From assembly GCA_965116925.1 (NCBI GenBank), contig OZ220744.1:3680001-3744000 (forward strand): a stretch of DNA of 64,000 bases. The letters run 5' to 3'. The stretch is from Candidatus Poribacteria bacterium. GTDB lineage: Bacteria; Poribacteria; WGA-4E; PCPOR2b. Shown in pieces: positions 59,550 to 64,000 of the stretch; position 1 is the stretch's first letter, and the number at the start of each line of letters is the position of its first letter. Made by a program: the position numbers and the translations under genes. Under the pieces are notes generated by a model, which saw only the letters and a list, made by a program, of their open reading frames with translations, was not told where the DNA came from and did no database searches.

Positions 59550-60581
59550 TCATCCTATCAAATCGAACCGATTGAAATCTACTGCCCCAACAACGGGTCT
59601 ATTCGCGAAGAAATCCTCTAATGCTGCAAGTGTCGACTCGCCGATTTTGGAGTAGCCGTAAGCACCTGTTCCAGAGATATGGGGTGTGACAAAAACATTT
59701 GGCAGCCCTAGAAACGGACTATCCGGTGGCAATGGCTCCGGGGTTGTGACATCAAGCGTGATGAAAATACGGCCGGTTCGCGCTTCAGCTAGTAAAGCAT
59801 CATGATCAATCACGCTCCCTCGTGAGGTGTTGACCAGCGTGGTTCCGTCCCGAAGCAGTTTCAGCTGTTCCTCACCAATCATTTTATCTGTTTCCGGGAT
59901 ACTTGGCGTGTGAACTGTCACAATATCAGCTGTGGCAAAAAGGTCGTTGAGCGAAACTTTCTCCACACCAAGCGTGCCGGCGTCCCAATCTGAGAGATAC
60001 GGATCGTAGATTAGTTTCCTGACCTCGAAAGACTGCAAAAGCTTAATCACCTGTCGTCCAACTTTGCTTGCTGAGACGATACCAACAGTGCTTCCGCGTA
60101 AAGAGGGTGCCCTTGAAGCCACTTCACGACGATTCCACTTCCCCGATCGGGTGTGCAAGATAAAGTCAACCCATCGGCGGGTGGTCATAATCATTGCACC
60201 AATCGTGTATTCGGCAACGTTGTAGGCGATTGCTTCGTTGGCACTGAACACACAGATCTGACGTGGTAGGATATATTTGTTGAGGACCTCACCGACAAGA
60301 AGTTTTATAGAACCTGCTGAATGAGCGATGATTCGGAGGGCGTCTGCGTTAGCCATCACCTTTTCGGTTATCGGCGACACACCCCAACCCGTAACTATCC
60401 CCTCGAACCCGGCAACACGCTCGGCGATTTGGTCGCTTGTATAGCTTGAGCCGGTTTCATTCAGCGTTACATCAAATTGCTCCTGAAATCGCGCAAAAAC
60501 GTCTGGAGGGAAAACCTCTGCGGTATGCCCTGATGTGGGCAGATATAAAATTTTAGGTTTGCTCATCGGTGCTCCTTTCAT
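59550..60581 (-). CDS. D-isomer-specific 2-hydroxyacid dehydrogenase
   Basis: VNTSRG, LDVTTPEP, TPHISG. Confidence 0.9.
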   Translation of the reverse strand: MKGAPMSKPKILYLPTSGHTAEVFPPDVFARFQEQFDVTLNETGSSYTSDQIAERVAGFEGIVTGWGVSPITEKVMANADALRIIAHSAGSIKLLVGEVLNKYILPRQICVFSANEAIAYNVAEYTIGAMIMTTRRWVDFILHTRSGKWNRREVASRAPSLRGSTVGIVSASKVGRQVIKLLQSFEVRKLIYDPYLSDWDAGTLGVEKVSLNDLFATADIVTVHTPSIPETDKMIGEEQLKLLRDGTTLVNTSRGSVIDHDALLAEARTGRIFITLDVTTPEPLPPDSPFLGLPNVFVTPHISGTGAYGYSKIGESTLAALEDFFANRPVVGAVDFNRFDLIG

Positions 60582-60601
60582 TCGATTTAGGCGTTTTGAT
60601 G

Positions 60602-62680
60602 TTAAAACAGCGGTCTATTCACAACAGTATCGCGTATACTGGCAGGGGCAACGTCGTGATGGGAGAACTCCATCGTGAACATCCCGCGTCCTTGAGTTAG
60701 CGAGCGCAATTCCGTTGTATATTGGAACATCTGCGCTAACGGAACATGGGCATCAATAGATTCCGCTGTTCCCACCGTTCCGGTTTCGTGGATCTGCGCA
60801 CGGCGTGAATTGAGGTCGCCAATCACCTTACCAATATGTTCAGTTGGCGCAATCACCTGAATTTTCATAATCGGTTCTAGCAGGACAGGAGCTGCCCTTT
60901 GGGCGGTATTCTCAAAAGCAATGACGGTAGCGGCTTCAAAGGCGTTTTCTGATGAATCTGTTTCATGGTATGAACCACCGGTGAGAACCACTTTGATGTC
61001 CTGCATGGGGAAGCCGCTTAACACCCCGTTTGACATTGCACTTCGTGCCCCTCGTTCAACGGCAGCGACGTATTGGCGAGGGATATCTAGTTCGTTGCTC
61101 TCATCCGCAAATTCAAATCCTATCCCTCTCGGTAGCGGTTCCAACCTGAGTATAACATCCCCGTAGATGCCCTCATCATCAACCTTGTGAATATATTTGC
61201 CTTGGGCTTCAGCGATTTGATTAATTGTTTCACGGTAGGCAACCTGTAACTTGCTGACACGCGCATTGACTTGGAACTCGCGCAGCATCCGATCTGTCAA
61301 GATCTCTAGATGAAGTTCGCCCATACCTGAAATCACACGCTGCCCAGTTTCATCGTCGATCTGTACAGTAAAGGTTGGATCCTCTTCCATCATGAAGTCA
61401 AGCGTTTCTTCAAGCGCATCTTTATCCCTTTCGGACCTCGGTTCAATGGCGACAGAGATGACCGGCTCTGGAAATACCATAGATTCCAACAGAATTGGAC
61501 GCGAGGCGGTCGTCAACGTATCTCCAGTGGTAGTGCTTTTCAATCCAACAAGCGCGACAATGTCTCCTGCGTACGCCTCATCACAGGTTTCCCGTTTATT
61601 GGCGTGCATCTGCAAGATCCGCGTTGCCCGCTCTTTTGTGTCTTTTGTTACATTGTAGAGGACCTCCCCACGTTTGAGTGTCCCAGAGTAGATGCGGCAG
61701 TAAACAATTTTAGCTACATTCGGATCTCTGGCAATCTTGAATGCTAACGCAGCAAACGGCGCCTCATCTTTCGACTCCCGCTCTTCCTTGCGGTCTTTGC
61801 GCGGGACGATGCCCTCAATCGGTGGCACGTCAGCCGGTGCCGGAAGAAAATCAATGACGGCATCGAGTAACGGTTGGACGCCTTGATTCTTCAGAGCCGT
61901 TCCACATAACACCGGGACCAATCTGTTTTTTAACGTTGCTAGACGAATCCCACGCAGAAGTTCTGCTTCCGTAATCTCCTCGCCTTCGAGATACTTCTCC
62001 AACAGGTCATCATCTTCGCTCGCAATAGTTTCAACCAACTCTTCACGCGCTGCCTCCGCTGCTGCAGCCAATTCCGTGGGGATCTCCGTCACATCAAGGG
62101 TCTGTCCTTGGTCCTCTTCACGCCAACGGAGGGCTTTCATACGAATAAGATCCACGACACCTGAAAACTGGCTTTCAGCACCGATTGGCAGTTGGAGGAG
62201 TAACGGATTAGCACCCAATCGTGTTTTCATCATTTCAACGACACGCGGAAAATCCGCACCTAACCGATCCATCTTGTTCACGAAAGCGATTCGTGGAATG
62301 TGATAACGTTCTGCTTGGTGCCACACTGTTTCGGATTGGGGCTCAACGCCGCCGACAGCACAAAATAGGGCAACTGCCCCATCAAGTACACGCAGGGAAC
62401 GCTCAACTTCGACGGTGAAGTCAACGTGCCCCGGCGTATCGATCAGATGAATCGCATGGTCACGCCAAAAGCAGGTTGTCGCTGCCGCAGTGATGGTCAC
62501 ACCACGCTCGCGCTCCTGAACCATCCAATCCATATCCGTTGTACCATCGTCAATATCACCGATTTTATGCTTCTTGCCGGTATAGAATAAAATCCGTTCG
62601 GTAGTCGTTGTTTTTCCGGCATCAATGTGCGCCATGATGCCGATGTTTCGTACCCGTTCAATCCCATATTCCCGTGGCAT
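60602..62680 (-). CDS. fusA: Elongation factor G paralog (outside the str operon)
   Basis: [43 protein letters not shown]. Confidence 0.92.
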   Translation of the reverse strand: MPREYGIERVRNIGIMAHIDAGKTTTTERILFYTGKKHKIGDIDDGTTDMDWMVQERERGVTITAAATTCFWRDHAIHLIDTPGHVDFTVEVERSLRVLDGAVALFCAVGGVEPQSETVWHQAERYHIPRIAFVNKMDRLGADFPRVVEMMKTRLGANPLLLQLPIGAESQFSGVVDLIRMKALRWREEDQGQTLDVTEIPTELAAAAEAAREELVETIASEDDDLLEKYLEGEEITEAELLRGIRLATLKNRLVPVLCGTALKNQGVQPLLDAVIDFLPAPADVPPIEGIVPRKDRKEERESKDEAPFAALAFKIARDPNVAKIVYCRIYSGTLKRGEVLYNVTKDTKERATRILQMHANKRETCDEAYAGDIVALVGLKSTTTGDTLTTASRPILLESMVFPEPVISVAIEPRSERDKDALEETLDFMMEEDPTFTVQIDDETGQRVISGMGELHLEILTDRMLREFQVNARVSKLQVAYRETINQIAEAQGKYIHKVDDEGIYGDVILRLEPLPRGIGFEFADESNELDIPRQYVAAVERGARSAMSNGVLSGFPMQDIKVVLTGGSYHETDSSENAFEAATVIAFENTAQRAAPVLLEPIMKIQVIAPTEHIGKVIGDLNSRRAQIHETGTVGTAESIDAHVPLAQMFQYTTELRSLTQGRGMFTMEFSHHDVAPASIRDTVVNRPLF

Positions 62681-62839
62681 ATATCTCTCCGTCTTTGGAA
62701 TAAATCTTTGATTGCTTATTTGTTATGAACATGTCTAGTATATCATGTTAAATCTAAAAACTCAATTACAAGTGATTCAGCTCGATTACATCAAGGTCAT
62801 CGCGGATATGTTTGGCAGATATTTTTCGGCGTGATATAA

Positions 62840-63058
62840 TAACGCAAGTTGCTAGTTGATAAACCAAGTACTGAAAACGAACGCAATAGTCGGGAATTGG
62901 AATTCCCTCCTACAGAAAACACCCGGTAGGAGCGATCGCCGAATCGCGACTCTGACCTTAAAGCCCCAAAGGGGCGACAGGGGTGTCGTGAGTTGGTTAT
63001 TTCTGATAGGCATCGGGTATGAAAACTCGACCTACATACTGTCTAGCAACTTGCGTTA
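62840..63058. mobile_element. MITE family C, TAA TSD
   Basis: TAACGCAAGTTGCTAG...CTAGCAACTTGCGTTA. Confidence 0.8.
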
Positions 63059-63061
63059 TAA

Positions 63062-63311
63062 TAACGCAAGTTGCTAGTTGATAAACCAAGCACTATAAAC
63101 CGAGTTTTTTCTTCAAAACTCGGTTTCTGTCTGATTCAAACCACTTGGGTTATGCTATAGAACTCTAGTAGTAGTGTAAATGTTGCCAATCGTGGCATCC
63201 CCCGCATTACCAATCGTGGCGCAGATTGCCTAATCTGCGATCCCCCGCATTACCTATTACGCTTCGTTTCACGATTTAGACAAACACCAGAACAACTAGC
63301 AACTTAGGTTA
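63062..63311. mobile_element. MITE family C, second tandem copy, TAA TSD
   Basis: Same TIRs, different cargo including short tandem repeats at 63184-63252. Confidence 0.8.
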
Positions 63312-63348
63312 TAATAACGAGCCTAAGTCACTGATTCGAGGGAAACAA

Positions 63349-63975
63349 ATGAAGAAGCTGATAACTGCACAACAGTTTGAAAGGTCCTTTTGTTCGCAAT
63401 GGGAAGAGGACAAACAGTCATGCGAGAAGGCTATTGATGATGCCTACAACGGTCCTTGGAAAAACTGGACAAAATTCATGTTGGGGGCCAAAGATGGGGA
63501 TGGTCGGGATGCCTTTTTCTACAGGGTCTTACAGAAATTAAAAAAAGATATCGAAAAAAAAGATATCGATTTCTCCTGTGAAAAAGGGAACAAATTCGAT
63601 GGAGTCTATCATCGCCGTGAATCATTTTATAAGGGATATTATTATCCACCTTGCATGGATGTGCTCATTGAACATGAGAACGACGAGTATATAGAGGAAG
63701 AAATGTGGAAACTGCTAATGTGGAGATCGCCCTTAAAGGTGCTCGTCTGTTATGACTGGGATGAGAGTGAGAAAACCACTTGCAAAAGAGTAAAATGGTT
63801 AAAAAACAAACTTGACGAGTTAGCCGACATGGCAAAGCAGGTCGATGAAACATGGGAGGAAGCGGAAGATACTGAATATCTCATTGTCATTGGTAACCAA
63901 GATTCTGACGACAATATTATCTGGGAGTTCAAAAAGCTTGATAAAGGTGATTATAAGTGGATAAATAACTCTTGA
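63349..63975 (+). CDS. AT-rich hypothetical protein, possible PD-(D/E)XK-type nuclease
   Basis: GAGGGA SD; KFDGVY...VLIEHEN. Confidence 0.6.
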   Translation: MKKLITAQQFERSFCSQWEEDKQSCEKAIDDAYNGPWKNWTKFMLGAKDGDGRDAFFYRVLQKLKKDIEKKDIDFSCEKGNKFDGVYHRRESFYKGYYYPPCMDVLIEHENDEYIEEEMWKLLMWRSPLKVLVCYDWDESEKTTCKRVKWLKNKLDELADMAKQVDETWEEAEDTEYLIVIGNQDSDDNIIWEFKKLDKGDYKWINNS

Positions 63976-64000
63976 AGACCCTCCCGATGGAATCAGGATT

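Noticed and set aside
124..63932. Numerous short antisense or overlapping ORFs in the six-frame track
   Set aside because: They are shadows of well-supported genes and have no recognisable motifs.

Overview
Bacterial chromosomal window of about 50 CDS. The gene content resembles Candidatus Poribacteria: four PhyH dioxygenases, PD40 propeller proteins ending in a 'GKWITLWGQMKR' tail, and DUF4159, PmoA-family and Ycf48-like proteins. This taxonomy is an inference. Housekeeping genes (hemE, hemH, kdsB, pyrG, aroB, glnE, an orphan fusA paralog) are mixed with many catabolic enzymes. The accessory layer is unusually rich. (1) A HEPN gene of a HEPN-MNT pair is split at its conserved YIP-x-RYPD motif by an exactly in-frame 51-nt hairpin insert that carries three stops and a restart ATG. 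(2) At least seven MITE families with distinct TIRs/TSDs nearly all carry GTAG-type REP hairpins. One 117-bp family inserts at the exact centre of the loop of the REP type it itself carries, producing self-nesting. (3) A TnpA-less IS200/IS605 TnpB element is inserted at a TTTAT that overlapped a host stop codon, and its right end recreates a stop. (4) An AT-rich defence-like island holds a fused MntA-HepT, a type IIG-like RM enzyme, and HEPN-like, PD-(D/E)XK-like and DUF559 genes; two consecutive genes share a 68-bp leader repeat. (5) A consensus sigma-54 promoter with two NtrC-like palindromes lies upstream of a DUF4159 gene. No rRNA, tRNA or CRISPR array was seen. Family assignments are by motif recognition, not database search.
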